Shown: positions 40,174 through 52,482 of the stretch, in pieces
Layout: every line of letters begins with the position of its first letter
Position numbering within the stretch: the first letter of the stretch is position 1
Source of the DNA: Mobula birostris
Taxonomy: Eukaryota
DNA length: 64,000 bases
Direction of reading: 5' to 3'
Assembly: GCF_030028105.1 (NCBI RefSeq)
Contig: NC_092374.1
Coordinates: forward strand, 197,279,345 to 197,343,344
The notes under the pieces: generated by a model
Databases searched by the model: none
What the model was told of the DNA's origin: nothing
What the model saw: the letters and a program-made list of their open reading frames with translations, nothing else
Program-made: the position numbers and the translations under genes

Positions 40174-40827
40174 ATGGCAGATTCGGAAGTGGTGGGCACC
40201 GACGTCTCTGCTGCGACGGCCCCGGCACCGCCACCACCTGCTGTCCCGTCTCCTTCCGACGAGGCAGCGGTGCTGGACATTGCGGCGGCCGTGAAAAAGA
40301 AGCGGAGGCAGTACCGGCACAGGAAGTTTGGCTGTACGGTGGCCGAGCATATCATGAAGGCAGTGGCATCCACCAGGGAGCGCCGCCGGGTCTCGGTGGC
40401 CGCTATGAAGAAAGCGCTGTCGCCCAGCGACTATAACTTGGCCCGCAGTAACTCGCGGGTTAGTCGAACTGTGCGCAGCCCGCCCAGCAAAGGACCGCTG
40501 GAGCAAACGGCGGGCTGTGACGCCTTGGGCTCGGCCAAGCTCGGCAACAGTCCGGAGGAAACGACGGCAGCCACCCCCAAGGTGGCCAGGAAGTCCCGAA
40601 GACCGAGGGCAACAGGCAGGAAGAGGTGCCAGCGGGTGAAGAGACTGGACAGGCACCGTAGAAAGTACGGCGCCGTGAAAAAGTCGACCCGCTGGAAAGG
40701 CACCCGGGTGAAGAAAGTGTTGGCGAGCCGCCGGGGCTCGAGAAAGCCCAGGAAGTCTGCGAAGAGCCCATTAGAGTGCGAACCCAACAGATTTGGATCT
40801 GAAACCGACTCCATCCAAACACAATGA
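40174..40827 (+). CDS. Divergent histone H1-like / protamine-like protein (217 aa)
   Basis: Intronless ORF in a CpG island with H1 globular motifs TVAEHIMKAVASTRER..SVAAMKKAL and QTAG..ALGSAKL. The tail is Arg/Lys-rich and AATAAA occurs at 40905 and 40916. Confidence 0.82.
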   Translation: MADSEVVGTDVSAATAPAPPPPAVPSPSDEAAVLDIAAAVKKKRRQYRHRKFGCTVAEHIMKAVASTRERRRVSVAAMKKALSPSDYNLARSNSRVSRTVRSPPSKGPLEQTAGCDALGSAKLGNSPEETTAATPKVARKSRRPRATGRKRCQRVKRLDRHRRKYGAVKKSTRWKGTRVKKVLASRRGSRKPRKSAKSPLECEPNRFGSETDSIQTQ

Positions 40828-43269
40828 CTCAGACAAGAGCTGAAACAGTTTATATTATGTTAACCTGACGTAACCGACATATGTGCTAATGATTTTTTTG
40901 ATCAAATAAAAAGAAAATAAATCGTGTATAGTTGTTTACTTGTGTTTAGAAACACCTAACAAAAATGATTAAGGTTCACTCCACCTCTCCCTTCTCTTTG
41001 CAGACATAAATTATCAAACTTGCTAATTATCGCTTCTCAGTAACCTTACCAATTCTATCTCTACTGCACGTTTCCTGTGACTATAATTTCCCTTTTACTG
41101 CTTGGGTCTTCATTACGAAAGTAGGTTCAAATTAAGGAAAGGAAAATTCAGAACTATTATGAAATGCTTCAACTGAAGGGATTTTAATTTTTTATTGAAT
41201 AAAGAATAAACCAATAGAGGTTTTAAACTCAATCCATGAAAGCTCTTCAGAATAACGCTGAAATTTTCCTTTCCGAAATTGGAACCAACCTTTGTAATGA
41301 AGATTTGAGACTGCAGAAGCTGGAAAACTCGAGCAACACACAAAACGCTAGAGTAACTCAGCAATATAGGCAGCATCTATAGAGGGAAATGGGGAGTCGA
41401 CGTTTCACGCCAAGACCGTGCCGATCAGGATCTCGGCCCAAAACGTCCATTGTCCATTTTCCTCCACAGCTGCTGCCGGATCTGTTCCTCCAACAGTTTT
41501 TTTGTGTGTTGCTGCCTTCATATGATTCAGGTTGAAATATTAAATGTACAATTTCATAAGTTTTCACTGCATTTCAATCTAATATGATTCGTTTATGTTG
41601 AATTTAACAATTTTCTAGACATGTTTAATTATACACGACGCGTTAAGTTCTCAAATTGATTTTTTTTTAACCCGTGTTACCCAGCTGCATCTGCACTCTT
41701 CCAGTAAGAAAGAGTCGCTGATTTAAAATAAGATGGGCAGATTCTGAATTGTGGTCGTACTGTTCCTCCCCCCCCCCATAGAAAAATTTGCCAAGAACAA
41801 TCGTAGTCGTGGAAAGACCATGATCGCCTACGTCATACGAGACGGCAGATACAGTAACGAAAGACGAACAGTTAATAAGTTTCATCAAATCCAGAAGACA
41901 CCCACATCCATACATAAAAGTTGCTTCCATTAGACTTTCGTTTGATCTGCACTATGACCGAGTAAGTTAGAACAAAGCGTTTTGTCCCCGAATATTTTGT
42001 ATCTCGTACAAAGAAATGAGCTGGATATACAAGAGATGTGGATGCTAGCGTCTTGGGGGCGGTTAATAAAAACAAACTGCTTTAGTGCCGCGCCGATTGA
42101 GCAGCATCTGCGGAAGGAAATAGATAATCAACGTTTAGTTAGAAATTAGATGCAGTTTTTATGAACAGGCCACCCGAGTTGGAAAATGGCGGGATTTAGT
42201 CTTGGATATCATGAATGCAGTCAAATTTTGTTCGTGACGAGATCTGATACAGACACGGTCCAAATCAGAGTCCAGGGATGGCTCCTTTATGTTGACACAT
42301 TCGCTTTAGTTGTTGGATACCTGCGGCATATTGCAGAGCCGGCAGGAAAATGTTTCGGGACGTCTTGCTGTAGCCATTCATTGATGCACAACTGCTTTCG
42401 CCTTTCGACCATAAAACCATAAACAACTTAAGCATCGGTCTCCCCAGCGCTGACGTGATTGAACTTGCGGGCGGCTCGAGTTGGTTCATCGTGGCTCCAT
42501 TAAAGGCAGACGGGAACGGTGCTTAAAAAAAAGCTTGATTTGTCAAATGTAGGTCGAAACTTAAAGTGAAATGCGTCGTTTCCGTCAGATCATAACAGCG
42601 AGGATTGTGCTGGGGCAGCTCGCAAGTGTCGCCAGGCTGCCAGCGCCACAACTCACGAATCCTAGCAGTAAGCCTTTGGAGTGTGGGAGCATCCGGAGCG
42701 GTCCAAAGACGAGTATTTTCTACGAACATACAAAAGATGATTCACTTATAAAAATACATACAGTAAGAGGGGGTCACAAAACTAGCAACGATTTCAAATT
42801 AAAATAAAGATCTTCTTCTTCATGTGCCCTGCGCGTTACACGCTTGGGTGATCATGGCTCTCCGCATCGAACGATCCCTCGCAGCGTCAGTGATATCTCG
42901 CACACTTAGTTAGATCTGTTAGTTAAAATAAAAATACTATTTCAGGACATTCAAGCGCTTGCGGGGGCCCATTGCTGACGGAACTTCCCCCTAACCCCGT
43001 GCCCATAGAGACTGCATGCTCCTTATCCAAGTGCTGCCTGGCCGTGCTCGAATCTCGCCCCCAGATACTTCATTTTCTCCAATATAAGAATGAGGGACTT
43101 TATTAATTTAAATTAGTTGTTGTCTGTTTCAATCAAATAAAACTAACCTGGCGCTGCTTTAAGTGTATTGAAAAGTTTAATGTGGACAAAGTGCCTTGTC
43201 TCTTTTAAAAGTTTTTTTTTAAATTTTGAACATATGACATATGTTAGCACATTTAAATAAGATTTTTAG

Positions 43270-43760
43270 AAATTGGGCCCTTTTCTAAGGAAGGATGAAT
43301 TGTCCCTGAAGAGGGTCCAAAGGAGGTAAACGGAAATGAAAAGCTTAACATGTTCTATGCGGAGTGTTTAATGACCCTGGGCCTGTATTGGATGGTGTTC
43401 AGAAGAAGAGTGGAGTCTCCTTGAAATCTATTGATTACTGAAAGGCCTGGATAGACTGGACGAGGAGAGAATGTTTCCATTATTAGAAGTCTAGGATCAG
43501 AAGGCATAGCCCCAAAATCAAAAAGTGTCCTTTGGAATTGCAACTAGCAGGGATTTCTTCAGACAGAGCGTGGTGAATCATAGAATTGATGGCTCCAGAG
43601 GCGAAGACGTTGGGTTTATTAAAGTCCGAGGATGATGGATTCTTCATTGGTAAGGAGGTTAAGGGTTACATGGATAGAGAGGAGAATGGGTTGATTCAGT
43701 GTTAGAGCAGATTCAATGGGTTGAGTGGCTTGATGATGCTCTGATATCTCACCGCTTTAT
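43270..43760 (+). mobile_element. Old CR1 3' fragment
   Basis: Degenerate CR1 RT C-terminus and 3' UTR. Similar fragments lie at 44350-44610 (-), 45160-45770 (-) and 60755-61230 (+). Confidence 0.65.
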
Positions 43761-45927
43761 AATCTGTTTTTGACATCAGGCTTGCATTCATTCCACTTAT
43801 AGTGACAGCTAAAGATCTGTCTGCTTTGGGTTCAGATGTCCCGGCCCAAGGGCGACACGGTAGCATTTTATTTCTTACATCCATCTCACAAGACGAGGGA
43901 GTAAAAATCTTCATGTTGTGTCTCTGTCACAACGTACAAGCAATAGGGAAGAGAAATGTGGGAGGGTATTGCCCAACACTAGGATTGTTTCGTATTCATG
44001 TATGTACAGTCAGACACAATGTACAGATGGACACACAATCAGATCACTGTGCTTTGATAAATCTGATGGCTTGGTGATAGAAGGTGTCCTGGCCTTCATG
44101 CTGCGGTACCGTTTGCCAGATAGAAGCAGCTGCAACAGTTTGTGGTTGAGGTGACTGGAGTCTCTCATGATCCTCTGGACCCTTTTTACCCGCAGCTGCA
44201 CATGTTTCGATGTAAATACAAATAAATCTATAAAGCTTAACATCAAGCGTTTTTTTTAACCTTTGGTCATTTGCCATCTAGTTGCTTCTCCTTTAAAACA
44301 GATGTACAGAATTTGTCTATAAGGTATTGTCCTGTCCAATTCCTATTTACTAAGACCATAAGACAAAATGGCAGAATTATGCCATTCGATCATGGCAGAT
44401 TTTTATATTCCCCATTCTCCTCCTTCTCTCTGTGACGCCTGACACCCTCACTGATCAAGAATCTATCAATCTCCGCTTCAAATATGACCAGTGACTTGGC
44501 CTACAGAGCCACCTGTGGAAATTAACCACCACCCACTAGCGAAAGAAATTCCTTCTCATCTCTGTTCTTAAGGTATGTATCTCCATCCTGAGGCTCTGCC
44601 CGCTGGTTCCGAACATAATTAGTGAGAATCGCAACACCTTTTTAACAATCGTAACTGCAATACTAATCAGAATCAGGTTTACTATCACTCAGATACTGTA
44701 CATCAGGATATTTGTTGTTTTGCAGCAGCAGTACAGTGCAATACTTAAAAATACTATAAAATATAATAGGAAATACAGTATATATTCAAAACGTAAATAA
44801 ATTGAGCATTATTTTCATGGGTTCATCGCCTGTTCAGGAATCTGATGGCAGGCGGGAAGAAGCTGTTCCTAAGATGTTGAGTGTGTGTCTTCAGTCTCCT
44901 CCTGATGGTAATAATATGAAGATGGTGGTGGGGGGTCCTTCGATCGTAGAACGGTACAGCAGAAGAACAGGCCCTTCAGCTAGCAATCAAATGGCCAACT
45001 AAACTAATCTTTTCTTCCATTTTCCTCACGTTCATCTGCCTATCTAAATGTCTCTTCAAAATTCCCTAATGTTCCATACCTGCCTTCACCACCACCCCAG
45101 GCAGCGTTTTCCAGGCATCCACCACTCGCCCACTATAGAAAAAAAGTGCCCCTCGCACCTTAAGACCATAAGGAACAGGAGCATTTGGCCTGTAATTAGG
45201 CCATTTGGCCCATCGAGTCTGCTCTGCCATTTCATCATGGCTGATCCAATTTTCCTCTCAGCCCCAATATCTTGCCTTCTCGCCCCCCGTATCCTTTCAT
45301 TACCTGACCAATCAACAATCTATCGATCTCTGCCTTAAATATACATAAAGACTTGGCATCCACAGCTTCCTGTGGCAATAAGTTCCTCAGATTCACTGCT
45401 CTCTGGCTAAAGGTATTCCTCCTCATCTCTGTTCAAAAAAGGACACACCTCTGATCTGAGGCTGAGTCCTCTGGTATTAGATTCTCCCACTATAGAAAAC
45501 ATCCTCTCCACATCCACTCTATCAAGGCCTTTCACCATTCGATAGGTTTCAATTAGGTCATTGCTCATCCATCTGAATTCCAGCGAACTTCTTTGAAATT
45601 AACCCCTCTCACCTTAACTGCAATGCCCTCTGGTATTTCAACCGGGGGGGGGGATATTTTCTGTCTATCTGTGTCTCTCATAACCTTATAAACCTCGATC
45701 AGATCTCCCCTCAGCCTCCGCCACTCCAGAGAAAACAACCCAAGTTTGCCCAACCTCTCGTTATACCAGATGAGAAAGGCGGTGGGGGCGCGATGGAGAT
45801 GAAGGTAGATGTCAATGCCAGGAGGAAATAACAGTCAGGAACAAAGATAGATACGATGGGGCAGATAGTTTGAACTTTGTTTATTTTAATGCCAGGAGTA
45901 TTATAGGTAAAGGTGATGAACTATGAT

Positions 45928-46355
45928 CTTCTCCGTGGATTGTCGCCTTGTCGTGGTGGAGAAGCTTGTGTGGTTCTGAGATCCCAAGAGCGATGCCATC
46001 TGGAGCTATGCTCCTGGTAGGGTCACCCATGGCGGTAAGGTCGAGGGTGAGGTCCCTGACAAAGAACAATCCAACCAAGACCTCAATGGTGGAACAGGCG
46101 GATGAAGTTACTTCGAACTCAACGGCTGTGAAGGCGGATGAAGACTACAACAAATCCATCAGCTCCAATCGTCGTGGTTTCCGTGCCATTGGAATCAGTT
46201 GGTTGATTTGTGAAGTATTGTGTGCTTCTTGGAGTGCAACATCAAGTACAAGTTAAACAAATACACGCACAGGCGTCTTCACTATGTGGGCCACTTCTTC
46301 AGAACGAAGACCATCATCCTCGACCTCGAGGGACAGCCACGACGACGACAACGAC
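45928..46355 (+). mobile_element. RTE-derived non-autonomous element
   Basis: RTE 5'UTR-like GCCTTGTCGTGG...AGGGTCACCCA...CTGACAAA, an (ACG)n tail, and a 10-bp TSD GAACTA(T/C)GAT. Confidence 0.65.
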
Positions 46356-47029
46356 GAACTACGATATTGAGACCATTACATGTAAGTATTTTCTCATTGG
46401 TTTAATTGGAAGGAGCTTGTACTCCTTCCCCTCTATAAATAGGAATGGAGTTTTTCTAATTTTGGGGTATAAATCAGAAACGGGCTTATTACCACCAGCA
46501 CATGTCGTGAAATAGGTTTTCTGTGCAGCAGCAATACATTATAATAGAAAGAAACTGTCAATTACAGTAAATAGTGAAATTAAATAAGTTTGTAAAAATA
46601 GAAGTAAGGAAGTAGTGAGGTAGAGGGGGAAAGGCCATCCTGAATCGTTGAGTGTGTGACTTCAGGTTTCTGAACCTCCTTCCTGCTGAGTAATCAGAAC
46701 AAGGCAGAAAAGTAGTTGGTTTATGCTAGGTGGCATCTTTCATTTCTCTTTCCTTCAGGTAGTAGACCCCGTCACTGTTCTGTTCCTGTTCTATCAACTC
46801 TTAATAAACAATCATGACATAACAAGTTTTATACCTCATTCATGACTTCTTAAATAACATTGGATTTAAACACCAAAATCTATCAAGCACAAGCAGCAAC
46901 AGCAAAGCAAACCCTGCCTCTCCCTCCTATATGCTAATGTATACACAAGGACAGTTGTCCAAACCCAGCACAGGCTATCTTCAGCCTATAGCCTCCAGCG
47001 GACTTGGACTTGCAGACATTAGGCATCAC

Positions 47030-48135
47030 GCGAACATCGATTTCTCCAAATTCTGGTAATTTTCCCGCTCCCCTTTCCTTTTTCTCTGGACACCGCTTAC
47101 CTCTCCTCTTCTCCTCGTCTACCTGTCACACCCCCTTGGTGCTCTTCCTCCTTCCCTTTCGCCATGGGCCATACTCCACTCCAGCCCTTTACCTTTTCCA
47201 CCTACTACCTCCCCAGATTCTTCCTTCACACCCCGCCCCCACCTTGCCTCACCTATCGCTTTCTAGCTTGTACTCCTTCCCCTCCGCCCATCTTCTTATT
47301 CCGGCCTCTCCCCTGTTCCTTTCCAGCCCTGAAGAAGGGTCTTGGCCCTAAATGTCGACTGTTTATTCTTCTCCATAGATGCTGCCCCATCTGCTGAGTT
47401 CCTCCAGCGTTGTGTGTGTGTTGCTCTGGATTTTCAGCATCTGCAGAATCCCTAGTGCTGCTTTAATACTTTGATAATCTTACAGCACGATTAGCGAGCT
47501 ATGAAATTACAGAGAAAGTGTAACCTGAGCCCGCAGCATGTCCAAACTGAAGCAACGAACACAAAATGCCGGGGAAACTCAGCAGGCCAGGCAGCATCTG
47601 TGGAAAAGAGTGAACAGCTCCAGGCTGAGGCCCCTCATCAGGACTGGGAAAAAAAGATGAGAAGTTTGAGCAAGAAGGTTGGGGCGGGGGGGAGAGAAGT
47701 ACAAGATGGTAGGTTAAAGGTGAGGGGGGAATGGTGAAGTAAAGAGCTGGGAAGCTCACAGCTGAAAGAGATAAAAGGCTGGAGAAGGATCTGATAGGAG
47801 AGGGTAAAAAGACCATGGAAGAAAGCGAAGAGGAGTTGCGCCAGAGGGAGGTGGTGGGCAGGTAAGGAGATAGGATGAGCGACTGAAACAGGAGTGGGAA
47901 AGGTGAGGCGGGGGGCAATTGCCGGAAGCTCGAGAAATCGACGTTCATGTCTTCAGGTCAAAGGGTATCTAGACGGAATATAAGGTGTTGCTCCTCCAGC
48001 CTGAGCGTGGCCTCATAGCGGCAGTATGGAGGTGATCATGGACTGACATGTCGGAATAGGAATGGGAAGTAGCATTGATGTTGGTGGCCTGTCTGCTGCT
48101 TGGAATTCCAGCATCTGCAGATTTTCTCGTCTGTG
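47030..48135. mobile_element. Two older, oppositely oriented Penelope 3' fragments (47030-47450 +; 47550-48060 -)
   Basis: GIY-YIG end motifs (LEEQHLIF, MNVDFS) and decayed hammerhead motifs. Confidence 0.75.
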
Positions 48136-48401
48136 TCCAAACTGAAGATGAGGTGTTGCTCTTTGAACGATGAACGGCAACCACACACAGACAGCCGGGA
48201 GTGCGAGTGGGTGTGGGGCTTCCCACCTCCCGGAAGCACGTGACATTCGGCCACGTGGCACCGTGGAGTTGTTTCCATGGCGTCCGCTTTGAGGGCTGAT
48301 AAGAGGCCGCTGCCGCCGGACGGGTTCGGTGGTGGCCCCGGTTAGGCGGCGTCGGTGTGGCGTCTGTAAGCTCTGTGGATGCGCCACTCGCACCTTTGCT
48401 A

Positions 48402-48972
48402 ATGGCTGCGGGTCAGCAGCCCCGAGGCAGCAAGGCAAAGCGAAAGGAGAATCGCCCACGTCCCGGTAAGGGAATCCGTCGACCGTGGCCGGGCACATCA
48501 TGGACGCTGTCCAATCAACGCCACGGTGTCTCCCTGCTCGCCGTCAAGAAGGCGCTGTCGGCCGCCGGTTACGATGTGCCCCGCATCAATTCACGGGTGA
48601 ATCAAATGGTTCGGAACCTGGTGGCTGATGGCATGTTGGTGCAAACGGCTGGCACGGGGGCCTCGGGTTCTTTCAAGATCAACTGGCAGCTCCAGGTAGT
48701 TAAAGGGGCGGCGGGTAAGTCCTTCCAGACCCGAAAACGTGGTGCGCCCACCTCGAAAGTTAAGGGTGCGGTGCGCAAGCCCTGGAGGAAGAACGCCCTT
48801 CGCAGAGTAAAGCCTATGAACCAAGGCCGGTGCTCATAAGAGACGAACCGGCAAGGCGACAGTTCCCAAGGGTAAACAGCCAGGGAGGTGTCTAAAAATG
48901 CCCCGTCTTCTGACGGTCGGCAACACGGCCGAGAAGAGCAAAGCTCCGAAGCGGAAACATATCCAAGAATGA
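48402..48972 (+). pseudogene. H1-like gene with multiple frameshifts (a 145-aa ORF 48402-48839 remains open)
   Basis: GVSLLAVKKALSAAGYDV...LVQTAGTGASGSFKIN is in frame, but helix 1 (STVAGHIMDAV) and the distal basic tail are in other frames. Confidence 0.8.
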
Positions 48973-48982
48973 ACGCCAAAAC

Positions 48983-48998
48983 GGCTCTTTTAAGAGCC
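48983..48998 (+). terminator. Histone 3' stem-loop
   Basis: GGCTCTTTTAAGAGCC. Confidence 0.95.
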
Positions 48999-50349
48999 AC
49001 TGTCTCTTTCGCACAGAAATTGCCCTATGGGTTACAGATACATTTCTATAGGAAGAAGCACATTTAAAGCAATAAAATATACGAAACCAAAATAAATATG
49101 CCCAGTTTACTCAAACTTACGTCACCATTCACTATATTCTGTGCAAGCTCACTATAATTCTGATCTTTATGTAGTTAAATATTTGGCCTCCACCCTCAGA
49201 GGATTTCAGAGAAGCGTTGTGCTGAAGATTGTGCGTAGCTCTATTAAATGCCCAGCCACAGAAAACTTCGTGATTCCCACAAGTAATAACTCAGCATCTA
49301 CCCTGTGAAAGATACTGTATATTTCGATATGGTTATTTCCCATTCATCTGAGCGTTAAGGAGTACAAGCCCAAACTGCCTAGATTTCACAGGACAAAGCT
49401 CATACGATGAAAACGGCTCTAAAAATGAAGCTAAGGGTCTCGGCCCAAACGTTGTATGTACCTTCTTTTCCATAGATGCCGCCTCCAGCATTTTGTGCGT
49501 GTTCCTAATAAATTGATGACGTTAATGGTTCAGTTTAAGGAGTCGCACAAATTGAAATGATTCTTGAATACATCATTTTCATGCTAACCACCAAGCACAA
49601 ATTTACACTAATCCTAAACCAATCTCACGATTTTCTCCACTCTTTGCTCTAAATTCCCTTCAATTCTTTCGACTACTTATGACGAGGGCAATTTCCAGTG
49701 ACCAATTAATGTACCAATGTCTTTGGCACATTGGAGGAAACAGGATCACCGGGGGAGGGGGAGGGGGAGATCTCGTGCAGTGAAGCGAAGAATATATAAA
49801 ATCCTCATCGATTTCGAAAGGCCAGGATTGAACCTGGGTCTCTAGAACTACGAGGCAGCAGATCTACTAGCAACATCACTTTTATTACCCTAAGATCGAT
49901 TACCGAAAAACCTGAATATTCCTAAACAACTTTAATATTTACAGTATTCTCGGATATGTTTCCAGTCACAGCCTTCGCAATATTTTGAGCTTGGAGTAAT
50001 TTTAGTAGGGGGTTTCTGAAGGATTTAAACTGTATTGGTTAGAGAGGCCGTGATCTCTCCCTCTCCCCCTCCCCCTCCCTCCCTCTCTCTCTCTCTCCCT
50101 CTTTCTCTCCCTCCCTCTCTCCTGAGATTCTTTCACACCGAATTTCTTACAAAGCAAACGCTATCGGACGGGTGAAGTAGTGACACCAGAGCACGTCCGT
50201 TCAGAGGTTTGCACAAAGTAACCAATCGGAACGGACAATCTGCCATCCTTCATTTGCATCGTGCTTTGATTTTTACACAGCTCTGTAGAGAGAAGCAGCG
50301 GACTGAGTATTGCTTGATTTTTGGTGTGTAAGTCAGCAAGATATACGCA

Positions 50350-50760
50350 ATGCCAACTGCTGTTTCAGGTTCTACCAGCGTTACGGCAGGCGGAGGTAAA
50401 GGCGCCGTTTCGAAAAAGGACTCTAAGAAAACTGCTATGAAAATGAGCAAGAAAGGCGATAAGAAGCACAGGAGGAGCAGGAAGGAGAGCTACAGCATCT
50501 ATATCTACAAAGTACTGAAGCAGGTTCACCCAGACACTGGTATTTCTTCCAAGGCTATGAGTGTCATCCACTCATTCGTCAGCGACATCTTCGAGCGTAT
50601 TGCGTCCGAGGCTTCCCGTCTGGTGCATTACACCCGTCGCCAGACCATCTCCTCCCGAGAGATCCAGAGCGCCGTCCGTCTTCTGCTTCCTGCGGAACTG
50701 GCCAAACACGCCGTCTCTGAAGGCACGAAAGCCGTCACCAAATATACCAGCTCCAAGTAG
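50350..50760 (+). CDS. H2B: Histone H2B variant copy 1 (136 aa; TATA and stem-loop damaged)
   Basis: Intact H2B fold. The stem-loop at 50795-50810 reads GGCTGTTTTAAGAGTC. Confidence 0.85.
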   Translation: MPTAVSGSTSVTAGGGKGAVSKKDSKKTAMKMSKKGDKKHRRSRKESYSIYIYKVLKQVHPDTGISSKAMSVIHSFVSDIFERIASEASRLVHYTRRQTISSREIQSAVRLLLPAELAKHAVSEGTKAVTKYTSSK

Positions 50761-51929
50761 CTTACCCTTGAAAGATACGATTAAATCGCCAAACGGCTGT
50801 TTTAAGAGTCACTCATCCAGTCCAAAACGCGGCTATACCTACAGTATGAGTAATACATATTTAAGCATCGATTCCTGGAGTCAAACGACAGGCCTGATCA
50901 AGGACAAACAATGAAATTTTCTGAAAATTCACGACGGCCAAATGCTCTATTTAAAAAAACTGGATGTTTGTAGTTCAGTGAGTTAATTGATAAAAATGTA
51001 TTGGTTGGAGAGGCAGTGACGCGAACTGTCACAAATTTAGTTGGGATCGTCTAAAGGAGCAGTTAGTCTATTGATTAGAGAGTTAATGACGCAGACGGAG
51101 GAGATTAACTAACTGAATATTTCCAATATGTTCCTTCTTTAGAATCCATCATCAGTATCCTCTGCACAGAAGCTACCTGGTCGAATCATAAGACACGTTG
51201 ATACCCTTCAGGCGATAAATGACATGAGTTTGATTGTAACTTCCAAAAAGGATTTGAATAGAGGGGAAAAAATGCAGAGAAAGTAGCATCTATGACAAAT
51301 TGCAGCACACCATCACAAGCCAGTATCGTCATGATTGGCCAAAGGGCCGTTGCTTTGTAATTCCATATCCGTAGTCAACTCCAGTGGAGCGATAAGCAGA
51401 CAGAGAGAAGACAATGTACAGTTTTTATTTATTAAATATTGTCCTTTGTTGTATTTTCTGTCTAAGCACTGTGAATTGGTTACTGTCGTATCTTTCCATT
51501 ACGCAGATTTAATTAAAATTCATCGTACAACAAAGTATTACAGTTGCTAGATTCTGAAATAAAACAGAAAATGCTGAAAGTACTCTTTTGCTGGTTTGAT
51601 CTCTCTTGACTTAACTGCTCCTTTTTTGCTCCCTTCTTTCCCCTCACCCACAGCCCCCTCACTATTCCTCATCTTAACCCAGTTTTCTCTCCAAACATTC
51701 TCAATTCATGTAAAAGGCCATCGATTTAAACAAAGTGTTTTCATCTCCCAATGTTAGTATTTCTTTTATTTGTAATGTTAGCTCACTGTAAAGACGGTCA
51801 GGGGGTGTATTTTCGTCCTAAACATTATTTTAAAATGTTTTTCCCTCTCTCTCTTGCTCTCGCATTCCCAAACGCTATCGGGCGGGTGAAGTAGTGACAC
51901 CAGAGTCAGTCCATCCAGAAATTTGTACA

Positions 51930-52010
51930 AAGTAACCAATCGGAACGGACAATCTGCCATCCTTCATTTGCATCGTGCTTTGATTATTTGCATAGCTCTG
52001 TATATATAAG
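51930..52010 (+). promoter_or_regulatory. H2B promoter (CCAAT, two octamers, TATA); same layout at about 54290-54365
   Basis: CCAAT 51936, ATTTGCAT 51966-51973 and 51986-51993, TATATATAA 52001-52009. Confidence 0.85.
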
Positions 52011-52071
52011 AGAGAAGCAGCCGATTGCGTGTTACTTGATTTTTGGTGTGTAAGTCAGCAAGAGTTACGCA

Positions 52072-52482
52072 ATGCCAACTGCTGTTTCGGGTTCTACCAG
52101 CGTCACGGCAGTCGGAGGTAAAGGCGCCTTTTTGAAAAAGGGCTCTAAGAAAACTGCTATGAAAATGAGCAGGAAAGGCAGTAGGAAGCGCAGGAGGAGC
52201 AGGAAGGAGAGCTACAGCATCTATATCTACAAAGTACTGAAGCAGGTTCACCCAGACACCGGTATCTCTTCCAAGGCCATGAGTGTCATCCACTCATTTG
52301 TCAGCGACATCTTCGAGCGTATTGCGTCCGAGGCTTCCCGTCTGGTGCATTACACCCGTCGCCAGACCATCTCCTCCCGAGAGGTCCAGAGCGCCGTCCG
52401 TCTTCTGCTTCCTGGGGAACTGGCCAAACACGCCGTCTCTGAAGGCACGAAAGCCGTCACCAAATATACCAGCTCCAAGTAG
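52072..52482 (+). CDS. H2B: Histone H2B variant copy 2 (136 aa)
   Basis: Intact ORF and promoter, with stem-loop GGCTCTTTTAAGAGCC at 52517-52532. Confidence 0.95.
   Translation: MPTAVSGSTSVTAVGGKGAFLKKGSKKTAMKMSRKGSRKRRRSRKESYSIYIYKVLKQVHPDTGISSKAMSVIHSFVSDIFERIASEASRLVHYTRRQTISSREVQSAVRLLLPGELAKHAVSEGTKAVTKYTSSK

Noticed and set aside
42523-42729. Minus-strand ORF with LQRLTARIREL, superficially H3-like
   Set aside because: Its 3' half is the LINE/SINE tail repeated at about 17330-17430, 56570-56665 and 59390-59490, and there are no real H3 motifs.
49410-49435. AAAACGGCTCT half histone stem-loop
   Set aside because: The 3' arm is missing and there is no histone ORF immediately upstream.
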